Assembly (NCBI GenBank): GCA_951406725.2
Contig: OX597819.1
Span: forward strand, 68,820,001-68,884,000
Direction: 5' to 3'
DNA length: 64,000 nt
Origin: Octopus vulgaris
Lineage: Eukaryota
The notes under the pieces: generated by a model
What the model was told of the DNA's origin: nothing
The model's input: the letters and a program-made list of their open reading frames with translations, nothing else
Database searches by the model: none
Shown: piece by piece, positions 1-12,501 of the stretch
How the letters are laid out: the number at the start of each line of letters is the position of its first letter
Position numbering within the stretch: the stretch's first letter is position 1
Program-made: the position numbers and the translations under genes

Positions 1-86
1 TTTCGAATAAATTGCCACCACAAGATGTTTGTTTATACAGTTTGGTATATAGATTCAAAGTGTCTTTTGCCAAACTTCAAACTTAC

Positions 87-129
87 GTCGTGGTAAACAA
101 ACCAGCACCAGCACCACATATAATGCCAT
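87..129 (-). CDS. Candidate first coding exon encoding a signal-peptide-like stretch (MALYVVLVLVCLPR), phase-1 donor
   Basis: Minus strand reads ATG(129) GCA TTA TAT GTG GTG CTG GTG CTG GTT TGT TTA CCA CGA C, then GTAAGT (86-81), a perfect 5' splice consensus. The peptide is hydrophobic. No downstream exon is visible in the window. Confidence 0.2.
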
Positions 130-310
130 GATATCAGCGAACGCAAATATACACACGCTTGCGCATGCGCGCGCACACACAAACACTCACACACACATAT
201 ATATATATATATACAGATATATATTTCTTTATTACTTTATTTACTTGTATCAGTATAGGTATCGGCGTATGTATATATATATTGTATATGTATATACCAA
301 GAGACACTCA

Positions 311-351
<41 letters not shown>

Positions 352-441
352 TAATATACACACACACACGCTCACATACATGCGACTGCTTTTGCAGAGT
401 TTACAAAATGGCTGTGGAGATTTTAGAACATTCATAAATAG

Positions 442-490
442 GTCTTACTGCTGTTTCCAGAATATTTAATTACATCCCTTCATTGGAGTC
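442..490 (-). ncRNA. Decayed type-I hammerhead motif (same family as 47846-47893)
   Basis: Minus strand: gact CCAATGA a gggat..attc tg GAAA cagcag TA agac. The core is mutated from CTGATGA. The downstream aatgttctaaaat..cacagcc is shared with 47915-47940. Confidence 0.5.
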
Positions 491-1177
491 GGTCTGAGAA
501 AATGGTTAAGCAATAGTCAATTTAGATAAGATATAAAATGAAGACTGAAATGAAGGAATGAAAATAGATGTGAGATATGCAGGTATATTTCATTTGTAGA
601 TCCATTATTTAGGCAAAATGGTATGCATATAAGATTCCAATACCTTGTGAGTGAATTCCAATAGTACTTAAAATTGGTCATTCCAAGTATAGAGTTTGTA
701 CACAGTGCTATTGAATCGAGGGTTTATTTAAAATGACGTAAAATTAAGGAATGTATTTGTAAGTTCAAATCGAAAACTGACCACTAACTGGTACACTTTC
801 TGTCACTTCATCTCTTTATTATCCTTCTCCTTTTCTTTTTTCTTTCCTTTTGTCTTCTTTTTTTCTTTATTCCTCTCTTCCCGTTTTCGATTTAACCTTA
901 CATATACATTCCCTACTTTTAGGTCACTTTAAATGCTGTAATTCCTATTTAGAAATGTTCTAAAATATTCACAGCCCTTGTTTTTATCTCATTCTGAAAA
1001 AGAAATTGTATATATACGCATGCTGATATATGATATACGTTGGACTCCTTATTCGCATATTCACTGAACCCGGAGCTTAACTATGGTCTGTCCATAGCAC
1101 TTACTCAGCATTATCTGACAGCTTTTGGGTCTTATGGACACCATTACCTCTCATAACATCTATATGTGACTATATAT

Positions 1178-1217
<40 letters not shown>

Positions 1218-2100
1218 GAATGTATGAATATATATATATATACTCATATATATGCATATTATTATTATTATTATTATTATTTTCTTTGCATGTGAGTACT
1301 AGTTTCTTACAGTTCACTAGCACACCGCAAGAAGGCAAACCTTACGACATGCTACGGATGTAGTTAACATTTGGCTATAAAGTCAAATGCAGGATTCCAG
1401 CTGTTATAGTGGACATGTTTTAGCAACAGACTCTTGTAAACTCACCATGCATTCACTAGAAGCAGATGTCGCAAGAAACTATCATCAACACATTACAAAA
1501 CACAGATCGACATTAGTAGAGGATGCCTTTTTCAGAATGTATTAAATTCTTCAGAAAATCAAGAAAGAAAATTAATCATCATGCTAATACTGATATCGCA
1601 ACATGATGACAAAATACACACGCAAACACACACACATCAAAACAGTTGTCTTGTGGCTTCTGGCAGGAAAATCTAACAATCAAATAGTATGACTACAACA
1701 AAGGAATTTTATATGCGACTCCTGATTTGGACGATTAACTCGGAATAATACATCGGCGGAAAAATATGCATAAACTATAACGAAAACATAATACTGGTGA
1801 ACATAGGGTGTAAGCAGCCGGTAACAGCCCTTGTGTCCTCTCCACCCAAGCCAAGTGGGTTCCCATGTATATGCGGGCTGAAATAGTAGACCCAAAGATC
1901 CACCGTCCCCCACTTTATATAATCGTAACGTATAATAGTAAGGAAATATCCAAAGCCTTTCTGTCCCTATCTTCGCTACATCAGAAACAATACTAATGCT
2001 ACACGTATTTCAATTTTCCAAATTAAATCTGAGCTTCCGGAAAAGGTAAATAGAGATTAGAAATTTTACTGTACCAAAACTAACTGCATGAACAATATAT

Positions 2101-2420
2101 ATAATTGCAGAGTAGAAGGTGTTTATAAGCCATTTAAAAGAACACACAACAGCCGCGAGATTCACTTCAATATTTAAATTTAATTTATATATCAAAATAT
2201 TTTTGTTGTAATGAAACCTCGATACAGCACGAAATTTTGTCAGTGAACAGGTCGCTGTTTAAATTTAAATGTTGAAGTGTATCTAATGGTTTTTGTGTGT
2301 TTTGTTCTCTAAATATTTCTTTTAAATGGCTTATAAACACCTTTAACGCTGCAATTGTTTTTATTTTAGCACACGATCTCAGATCAATTCAATTGTTATG
2401 CCAGTACATCTCTCTAATAT
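2101..2420. mobile_element. Foldback short element of the G3-C8 hammerhead family (copies also at 57181-57420 and 59809-60008)
   Basis: aattgcag..aaggtgtttataagccatttaaaagaa at the left end is inverted at about 2317-2356. It shares ttttgtcagtgaacaggtcgc and the gcacacgatctcagatcaa tail with the other copies. Confidence 0.7.
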
Positions 2421-2537
2421 CTATAGTATAAACTGTAATACCTAAACATAACCGAGACGTTTGTAAACATATACAACAGAATTAAAGTATCATATGCCTG
2501 TTCCCCGTATATTCGAAAATGATGTATGTGTGTAAAT

Positions 2538-2909
2538 GTTAGTTAGTTAGTTAGTTAATTTTTGGCTCAAAAAGCAAAAAGCAAGGCCATGTAGGGGGGC
2601 ATGGAGTTATGTACAGAGTGGTGTTCATGTAAAGTGTTCAGGCCACTTGTAGTCAAGGGAGACTTTGAACCGAGCGGTCGTCGGCATCTTCACTATCTCG
2701 TCCGGCAGCTTATTCCACGGATCCGCAACCCGACGGAGAAAGCCCCTCTCCTTCGATTGAGATGAAATCATCGCAGATATAGCTTTTCGGAGTGACCCCG
2801 CAGCCGACGCTCTGGAGCAGGAGTGAAGAACAGCTCTTTCGAGAGGTTACACTTTCCGCTTATGATGTTGTGAGCAAGAATGAGATCACCACGGCGTCGT
2901 CGTTTTCGA
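2538..2909 (-). mobile_element. CR1-group LINE, 3' end fragment with (TAAC)n tail
   Basis: Minus translation KRRRRGDLILAHNIISGK...RRLRGHSEKL...RVADPWNKLPDEIV...FKVSLD matches the typical CR1 ORF2 C-terminus. Stop and frameshift are present, and the tail reads (gtta)n on plus. Confidence 0.85.
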
Positions 2910-2984
2910 ATGTGTGTTGAGTGTGTTTACACATACCTACACATATAAATACATATACATATACATATATATATATTCTTTTTT

Positions 2985-3322
2985 TCTTTTTTCTTTTAAT
3001 TTGTTTCGGTCATTTGACTGCTGCCATGCTGGAGCACCGCCTTTTTAAGTCGACACCGGGACTTATTCTTTGTAAAACTAGTTCTTATTCTATAGGTCTC
3101 TTTTGCCGAGCCGCTAAGTTACGGGGACGTAAACACACCAACACCGGTTGTCATTCAATGGCGGTGGGGTGGGGACAAACACAGGCACACACACACACAC
3201 ATATATATAAATATATTATATATGCCGGGCTTCTTTCAGTTTTTGTCTACCAAATCCAACCCGAGGCTATATTAGGAGACACATGTGGTTAGTAAACAAG
3301 CTACTTACCTTGCAGACACTCC
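2985..3322 (-). mobile_element. tRNA-derived SINE family A (abundant, with internal microsatellite)
   Basis: Reverse complement matches 27328-27750: acgtccccgtaacttagcgg, ggtgctccagcatgg, cagtcaaatgac. Confidence 0.8.
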
Positions 3323-4199
3323 AGGTATTTCGGGTCCTTTGCTCTAAACAAAAGTTTAACAAAATCGAAAATAAAAACATCTACTGTAAAAAAATGAACA
3401 AATCCTATTTTTTCGTTTTCAAATAACAGTCTAATTGAAAGGTTAGAGTTCCATGCCTTTTAGAATGAAGTTATATTCGGAACATCTTCCCATTATGCTC
3501 TGTTTTTGGTATTTATACTCCCAAACTCCGAATATCTCAATAACTACAGCTCCGATTTACATGAAACTTGTTTCATTCCGTTCGTATGAACATTTCCGAG
3601 TAAACTTAATTCATTATACGCCCATTTGGCTGGATAACACTGCAAGCAAACGAGCAAGTTTCAAAAGGAATTTAACTTTATCATAGATATGAATGTCTGT
3701 ATGTGCCTATATGTATAAACGCACATACACAGAGGCATATTTCTCTCTCTCTCTATACGTACATACATATACACCCTCACTCCAACCCACACCCCACCCT
3801 CGCATCCCCTACCATACACCACCACGCTCCACCACTAAACCAAACTACGCCATCATAACTCAACACAACACACATCACCAGACCAAACCACCACACCACA
3901 TCGCACCACTCTGCAGACACGAGCATTGGCTACTTTCCAAAACCCACACCACATCACACCACCGCGCGCACACTAGTACTAACCACTTCGCAGCACCCAC
4001 ACATTCATCCACACAATTACACATGAACACATCCACACGTCAAGGTCACCAGCCCCTATCCATACGCACAAACACGCTATCACATACACAACCCCGCACA
4101 CCTTCGGTTTGGGATCACTACTACTTTATTATCTGCCCTTCTTTCTACCTCTACTGTCCGACCATCACCATGATCGACCACTAGCCACTAAAACTTTTT

Positions 4200-4365
4200 T
4201 TTCTCTCTCTCTCTGTTTATTTTCTCCTGTTTCTTTTCGTTGAAAAGCGTAGGCTAGAAACGTGAAAGAATTTCTCATCTTCCCGAGCGTTAAACTAATA
4301 CACCTGTTTCTTGTTTACACATCTGTCTTCGTCTTTTGTTGTTTTTTTTTGTCAATTCCAACTAT
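4200..4365 (+). mobile_element. Short element of the U/C6 hammerhead family, degenerate copy
   Basis: gcgtaggctagaaacgt..gagcgttaaactaatacac..gtcttcgtcttttg is homologous to the reverse complements of 11168-11325 and 11783-11978. Confidence 0.65.
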
Positions 4366-4551
4366 AGATATTTAATTGCACGCGACGGATCCATTTCCAA
4401 GTAAGTTTATCTTCACCTTTTGATGCTATCTCTACTCCATACTTTTTCCTTTCTCAATCCTTCTCTAATTCTCCTTTTCTCCCCCTTCCTCCTTCACCGT
4501 TTGCTATGTGTCTCTCTTCTCACTTTCTCTTTTTTCTCTCTTTCCCCTCTT

Positions 4552-4596
<45 letters not shown>

Positions 4597-5057
4597 TCAC
4601 ACGTAAGCGTCGTCCATCCTTCTTTTCTTGACGTGACCATCTTTTCCTGACGTGACCATCTTTTCCTGCATGGACGTTCAAACGAACGGATGCGTTTTTT
4701 GCTCTTCTATCGTTTCTCTTTTCAAAAAGAAGTGTTTCTCCCAATGTTTACTATTTTCCTCTCGTTCTGGTCTAACGGCTCACCATGTTTTTTTCGTTTG
4801 TTTTCATTGTATGTCTCCACTGTCTTTGTTTTGTTCCTAATTTTTACCCTCCAAAAATCTTGAATTTTATTTTAGAATTTATGGGAAAAACAGTTTTTGA
4901 TGAATCATATACTCGTCCAATGGTCGAAATGAGGAGTAGATAGACAGCCGACACTTGATAAAGGGCCTTTCTCTGTGTTAACCTGTGCTAAATGTAATCG
5001 ATTAATCACACATGATGGATAGAAACGAAAACAATTTTTTAATTAATCTATTGGTAC

Positions 5058-5113
<56 letters not shown>

Positions 5114-5176
5114 CATACACACACACACACATATATATATATACATACACACACACACATATATATATATATACAT

Positions 5177-5223
<47 letters not shown>

Positions 5224-5242
5224 CATACACACACACACACAC

Positions 5243-5276
<34 letters not shown>

Positions 5277-5277
5277 G

Positions 5278-6010
5278 GTTATCAGTAATAATGTAGGGTG
5301 AAATTAATTAATTTAGAATAATCATTAATTTCACCATGTAGATTTCGGCATGTAAAAGCCCCATTTGAGGAAAGTTTAAGTAATACTAAGTAATTAAGGG
5401 TTTAGCAACGATTTGCCTCACCACACACCGAATTTAGAAATAGCAGTCAAAGAGTTATAGCTATTCCTTTCTACTAAAAGGGAGATCTCAGTAAAACCAC
5501 AGCACTTGAAAGGCAAACTCAGACAGGCAAGAGAGAAAGAAAATGACGACAGTCGATCATACAATAAAAAGTCACCTACGGACGTACGTTTCGAAATCAA
5601 GTTTTAGGAAAGCATAAGAATTAGATAATCCTGTCTTACCCAACTTCTTTTCTCATCAGCGTAGGATACTACAATTATTATGTTTTTTTTTTGTCAATTC
5701 CAACTATAGATATTTAATTGCACGCGACGGATCCATTTCCAAATAAGTTTATCTTCACCTTTTGATGCTATCTCTACTCCATACTTTTTCCTTTCTCAAT
5801 CCTTCTCTAATTCTCCTTTTCTCCCCCTTCCTCCTTCACCGTTTTCTATGTGTCTCTCTTCTCACTTTCTCATTTTGTGTTTGCCTTTCAAGTGCTGTGG
5901 TTTTACTGAGATCTCCCTTTTAGTAGAAAGGAATAGCTATAACTCTTTGACTGCTATTTCTAAATTCGGTGTGTGTTGAGGCAAATCGTTGCTAAACCCT
6001 TAATTACTTA
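5278..6010. mobile_element. Composite hammerhead-bearing element between (TA)n tracts, with 132-bp inverted arms
   Basis: 5387-5518 and 5879-6010 are reverse complements (1 mismatch seen). It encloses the HHR at 5575-5665 and a copy of 4341-4529. Related fragments lie at 44101-44247 and 55990-56072. Confidence 0.8.
5575..5665 (-). ncRNA. Type-I hammerhead ribozyme, intact core, extended stem II
   Basis: Minus strand: CCTACG [CTGATGA] GAAA..(long stem II)..TTTC [GAAA] CGTACG [TC] CGTAGG. It has a 6-bp stem I, a palindromic stem III and a GUC cleavage triplet. Confidence 0.85.
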
Positions 6011-6079
6011 TATATATATATGTTTGTTGTGTAAGATTTTTTTATTGGCTAAACTGGCAAAATGACCATTCCGAAATAT

Positions 6080-6142
<63 letters not shown>

Positions 6143-6307
6143 TATATTTTCATATATGTAGGTATGTATGTACATGCACCTATAAGTACGTATGTATATA
6201 TATATATATAAATATATAAATAAATGTATGCACGCATGTATATATGCATGTATGTATATGTATGTGTATATGTGTGTGTATGTGTGTGTGTGTGTGCGTA
6301 TGTGTGT

Positions 6308-6595
6308 GTTGTTTTGTTTGTTCTTTCTCGAGCAATGCCTGACTTATAAGGGCCGGATTCCTGCATTCATTGATGTATGGGTTCCTCACCTGGACAGGAC
6401 AACGATCCATCGCAGGTGAGCTGTTACATGCAGGAGGCAAGAGTGAGAGAAAATTATGGTGAAAGAGTCTCTGCCGGAACCGCATGGAGCTTAGGAGTAT
6501 TCGCTCATAAACACACACATCGCCCAGTCTGACATTCGAGCATATGATCCTTCGACCGGGAGTCCGTTACTCTAACCACTAGGCGATGTCCCTCC
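6308..6595 (-). mobile_element. tRNA-derived SINE with V-SINE-like central domain
   Basis: Minus strand: A box-like cgcctagtgg, B box-like gctcgaatg, cctgcgatggatcgttgtcctgtccagg (resembles the V-domain CCTGCGATGGACT..TCCAGG), and an (aac)-rich tail. Confidence 0.6.
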
Positions 6596-6620
6596 ACATA
6601 CACACACGCACGCACATACA

Positions 6621-6676
<56 letters not shown>

Positions 6677-7282
6677 TGCTGTTGGTGACTTCTTCCTGTT
6701 TTGACTTTTCTTTTTCTCCTTTCCGTCGACGCGCTATGCTTTAAAATGTAGGAGACTCTCTTTTGCCTTGGGCACATCTTTTTGTTGTATGCTATCGTAA
6801 ATATTACTCTTCGTTTGTATGAATTGACTATATATATGTGTATGTGTGTGTGTACGTTTGTATTTGTGTGTGTATGTATGCGTGTAAATATGTATATGCG
6901 TCTATATATGCACGCATGTAATGTATATATAAGTGAAATAAAATTGTGTTGAGTGAAATGATTCGTAGTAAAAGCAGGACTGGAATTAATAATTTAAAAA
7001 AAACAGTAAGGTTATAGTGACTAAAATACAAGACAAATTAGTAATTTATTAGTGTTATGTCTCATTCCAGTGAGGATACACCAATCACTTGCCGCCAAAT
7101 CGAAGTATATGCAATAACCCCAAATAAGAAAGCCATATAACCTACAAAGGAATAATAATTACAGTAATTCTCTAAAATTAACGAACAAAAACATTGCTCG
7201 ATTGTGTGAAGACGAAACAGCCAGCTGTGTTGCACTTCGATAGGTGGGAGCATACATGCCTATATAACTCTCTCTCTCTTCT

Positions 7283-7320
<38 letters not shown>

Positions 7321-7348
7321 ATATATATATATATATACATAATATATA

Positions 7349-7382
<34 letters not shown>

Positions 7383-7457
7383 CATGTATATGCCTATATA
7401 TATATATATATATATCCATATTTATATAGTCATGCACATATATATGTAGACATATAC

Positions 7458-7496
<39 letters not shown>

Positions 7497-7521
7497 TACG
7501 TGCATAGCTATATAGATATGG

Positions 7522-7560
<39 letters not shown>

Positions 7561-9689
7561 TACATATATATTTGTATATATGTATATATACATATGTATG
7601 AGGAGAAATAAATGTAGTAGAGCGATAAATATAAGCCAATGTGAGTGATATAACATGTGGGCGTGATTATTTGTGCGTATATGCGTATGTGTGTATGCAT
7701 AGTCAATGAGCGTGTGTGGGTGTGTGTGCGTATCAGAGTGGAAAGAGTAAAATGACATTTTGTGCAACGTTAATATGAAAACCGAGTTGAACCTTCATAA
7801 ACGAATTAAGCAGTAAAAGAATATCATTCGAGATTTATCTTCTCCGAGCCATTCTCTGCGTGTTATAACCATTAAGATGAAAGAAAACAGCAACTTATTA
7901 AGTTTATGTCTTGTACTCTTTCTACACCACCCTGTTCTGTCTCTCTCTCTCTCACTCTTTCACTCCATCTCTCAACCTATCCCCTCGCGCGCGCGCACTA
8001 CAGAATTCCCTCCTCCTACTCGTTTGCTGAATGAATGTAACGCTATCTCTTTCTCTCTAGTTTTTTATTTATTTCCTAAACATTTAGTCTCTCGATTCCT
8101 CCACAGAATTCCCACATCCTCGACCTCCTCACATTCACTCTCTCTCTACGCCCCCTCTCTCTCCTCATCCTATTTCTTTCTCTCTTTTGTGGTTTCTCTC
8201 CACATTTCTCTTAGAAAGCTCCTCTCTTCATAATTCGAGATCACTTTCCTTTGTTAGTTTTATCATATGTTTTTATTGTCCTAATTCTTGCTTCTTTCTT
8301 CTCCTTTTCTTCCTCTCCTTCTTCTTCTTCCTTTTCTCCTCGTCCCCACTTCCTCCACCTCATCCTCCCCTCCTTTTCTATCTCTCCCTTATCCCCCTGT
8401 CTCTGTATCCTTCTTTCGTTGCGTCCTTCTTTCTTGACTTTTATTTCCCTGAACCTTAAGTCGTTTAGATTACAACAAAGCGATGTAAAACTTTAAATCG
8501 TTTTGTTTTGATCTAATTAACTATTTTTGCAGGAAAAATATTTATAGAAAATATAACAAAAATCCAATTAATTTTCTTGTTATTTTTTAAAAAAATTTAT
8601 TCCTATATTTTATTATAATATTGTTTTCACAATTTTTAAAATATATTTTTTGATTTCTTTTTCGTCATTTTTGAAACATTCATTCTTCCTGAGAAATTCA
8701 ATTAGATGCCGTTGCTGTCGTTATCGTTGTTGTTGCTGTTCTTGTAGTTGTTGCTGCTGTTGTTTTCAATTTGTGCAGCTACATGAAATAGCTTTGTTGA
8801 TAAACGTTTCATAATTCCAATTTCGGAGTGTATTAAGTTTAATATTCCTGTTTCCCATTCGTATGCAATGCTTCAATGTCACGACTTCACAACCAGTAAC
8901 CTTCTTGCTCTCATATATTTCTTCAACCAATCTGATTTATAAAACCATAAAATTTTTGCTTATCTTTATGTTAGCATTTCACTTTCTAAAATGAGAATGA
9001 TTAAATTGTCAAGTATTACACGTTGCCTTTTATGTATATCGTAGGCGAAGCCTTCACGAAGATTTGAAATTAATAATATTATCTAAAACAAAATTAGCTC
9101 AGTGCAAACTATTTATTACTTCGCCTTCTTATATCTATGTCTTATTCTAGCCTGCACTAATGTGTTTTCGAGAACTAGGTTATAGGTATTGAGCCTAATT
9201 CTCCACGAGAGATTCATTTGTGCATTTGAGCGGTATGATTTAATTATTTACGATTCAGCATGCTTTTGGCGGAAGTGAAGAAGACGGCCGTAAAATATGT
9301 TATGTAAAATAGATTGGTCTTTGTTTCCTATGCAATGGAAGTATGTCTATTGAAGGTAACAAACATATATTTCATTATTTCCACAACTGATCAGAACAGT
9401 TATAAAGAGAATTTTAAAACACGAAGCCTAACTTGCATAATGGATATAGAAAAATACGAAATACACTAACTCATCAACTGTTGATTAGTTGGAGCTTATA
9501 TTTCACGTCATTAAAGTTATTGAAGTGATGAAGCAACTACGGATGGAGGTGAACCTTAAAATCATTATAAGTCACGTTGTTATGAATTTTTGGAAATATC
9601 ACTCGCAGAACAGACATTCTCATTAAAAACTGGAGATCTTCAAATATTATACTAAAATAAGCCATGCACACACAGACACGCGATCGTGA

Positions 9690-10420
9690 AGACTTATACA
9701 CACATGCGCACTGAAACACATACTGACACACATAGTCTCATTCACACAGGCGAACAAAAAACACAAACACACACATACACATATACGCACATACATATAG
9801 CCACACACATACTCGCGCAAATCACATACACACATACATACAAGTATGCACACACACTCACAAGCACACACATATGTGCACGAAAGCACATACACACACA
9901 TAGTCACAAATACACGCGCGTAGAAAAACACACACACATACACGTATGCACACACACATACACAGCCACACATACACATACGCGTCAAAATCACATACAC
10001 ACATACATACACGTAGGTACACAGAAACACATAGCCGAACACACATGCGCACGAAAACATACGCATACACGCATGCACACACACACACACATAGTTTCAC
10101 ACGCGCGCACACAAAAGCTCACACATATACACGTATGCACACACTCACAAAAACACATATCCACACACATATGCGCAAGAAAACACAAACACATACACGC
10201 AAGCAAACACATACACACACATAGTCACACACACACGCGCGGACAGAGAGCACACACACTCACACATAGTTACACAGACACGCACACTTAAACAAATACA
10301 CACATATACTCGTATGCACACACTCACACACATACACACACTTAGCCACACGCACATGCGCACGAAAACACACATGCACACATATATGTACACACATAAC
10401 AGCACACGCGGACACGCACA
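9690..10420. repeat. Cryptic (CA)-derived minisatellite
   Basis: Recurrent blocks cacacatatgcgcacgaaaacac, acacgtatgcacacac and cacacatagtcacac over about 730 bp. Confidence 0.75.
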
Positions 10421-10552
10421 TGTTAAATATGTCCGAGGAGAGAGATTTACAGCGAGTTCGAAGTTTCGACTTGGTAAACTTAGTCAGACGCTTTGATGAC
10501 ACTTCGAAACCAGGCTCCCCATCTTCATCTTAAAACTATAATAAACGCGTAT

Positions 10553-10905
10553 AGGTGCAGGCTTCCCGACCACATGGTTCCGGGTTCAGTCCCACTGCGT
10601 GGTACGATGAGTGATATATATTTGTATATATGTATGTATACATATGTATGAGGAGAAATAAATGTAGCAGAGCGATAAATATAAGCGATGGTGAGTGATA
10701 TAACACACATAGCCAAACACACACGTCCCCAATCAAAACTTAATAACCAGTGATGGTATGTTTACATCACGGAAACGTAGCGGCGCGACAAAAGCAAAGC
10801 TGATAGGATGAGTACTATGCTTTAATAATTACTAAGGTCGATTAGTTTGACTGATACATACCTTTGAAGACGGTGCTCCAGCATGGCCAATGACTGGAAA
10901 AGTGA
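10553..10905 (+). mobile_element. SINE family A, degenerate, interrupted at 10614-10705
   Basis: cacatggttccgggttcagtcccactgcgtgg head and ggtgctccagcatggcc tail. Confidence 0.65.
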
Positions 10906-11167
10906 ATGATAAGCTACTAAAAGCTTTTGTGTCGTGAAAATAAGCATTAACAAGAACACTCAGAGAGCGAAAATCTCCGCCAAGGCAAGACCAACGTCAT
11001 CTCAACAATTATTCGGAGATGATTTTTAAAATGAGAATATCTGAAATAAACTAGAATGTTCTCACAACTGAGAATACTAAAAATGAGTCTGACAGTTCTC
11101 AAAAATGAAGAAAACAGAAAAAATAATCCAGGATCCTTGTGTGTGTATGTGTGTATACCTATAGAAA

Positions 11168-11325
11168 GAGAGAGAAATTTATAGAAAAACAAAAGAGGAA
11201 GGCCGGTGTATAAAACAAAAAACGAGTGTATTAGTTTGACGCTCGAGAAAGTGAGAAAGTCTTTTACATTTTGAGCCTACGCACTTCAGCAGAAAGGAAT
11301 AAAAGAAAATAAGCAGCGGGAGAAT
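11168..11325 (-). mobile_element. Short element of the U/C6 hammerhead family
   Basis: Minus strand: cttt CTGCTGA a gtgc gtag gctc aaaa tg TA aaag (degenerate). It abuts (TA)n. Confidence 0.65.
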
Positions 11326-11326
11326 A

Positions 11327-11404
<78 letters not shown>

Positions 11405-11782
11405 TATAAAATATATATAAAAATACAAAATGGGACAAGAACACAAAACTCCAAATAGACGACACAAAAAACGGACGGGTGTAAGCATTCCACTAAACTT
11501 TGCACGACTTCTACACACACTTTCTCTGTGCTTCACTTGTCTCTGCCTTTCTCCTTTTCGTCTGCCGTAAGGCATTATTTTTGAAATACGCCAGCTAAGT
11601 TGAACTGTCTAAAGTCGAAAGACGCCTGTTGTTTTTGTTCTGTTATTATTATTATTGTTTTTTGTATTTATATTCGTGTGGAATCGTCCGTTTTTCTGTC
11701 CTTGTTTCGTATACATTCTATCCTTTTTCCAAGAAATCTAATGCTCGTAGCTTAGTATATATATATATATATATATATATAT

Positions 11783-11978
11783 AACGGGAAGGTTTACGAA
11801 AATAAACAAAAGACGAAGGCAGGTGGAGTACAAACAAACAAATGTATTAGTATAGTGCTCAGGAATAGAAATAGAAAAAATCTTTTACGTTTCGAGCCTA
11901 CGCTCTTCGACAGAAAGATATACAAAAAAAACAAGGAGAGAAAAAATGCGTGTAGGAGCTAACGATCTATCATGGCGG
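11783..11978 (-). mobile_element. Short element of the U/C6 hammerhead family, flanked by (TA)n
   Basis: Homologous to 11168-11325 and 4200-4365, with TA repeats on both sides. Confidence 0.7.
11881..11918 (-). ncRNA. Minimal type-I hammerhead variant (A6 replaced by U)
   Basis: Minus strand: TCTTT [CTGTCGA] a GAGC gtag GCTC [GAAA] CG [TA] AAAGA. Confidence 0.65.
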
Positions 11979-12072
11979 CATATATATATATAGTGTATGA
12001 AAAAATATATATTATGTAATATATAGCTTTTATATATACCCGATATATATTCTGATATATATTCCCTGGTTC

Positions 12073-12372
12073 GGGCGTAGCTCTGTGGTTAGAAATTTGA
12101 TTCCGAACCATATGATTGCCTTCTCACCACATGATTCCGAGTTCAATTCCACTGCGTGGCACCTTGTGCGAGTGTATTCTACTATATCTTCGGGCCAGCC
12201 AAGGCCTTTTCAATGGACTGGGTTTGGAAAACTGAGAGGAGCATCTCATATATATGTGCTTTCAAATGTGTGTGCGCGTGACTGCTCCTGTGTGTGCGCG
12301 CGCGTGTCTTTGAGTCTGTGTTTGTTTTCTACTATGGCTTGAGAACGGATGTTAAATTGTTTACGTCACCAG
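12073..12372 (+). mobile_element. SINE family A, degenerate
   Basis: ggcgtagctctgtggttag..gttcaattccactgcgtggcacctt..actatatcttcgggcc. Confidence 0.7.
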
Positions 12373-12399
12373 TCTGTGCTCTAATAAATGAAGTAAAAC

Positions 12400-12436
<37 letters not shown>

Positions 12437-12449
12437 CACAAACACACAA

Positions 12450-12501
<52 letters not shown>

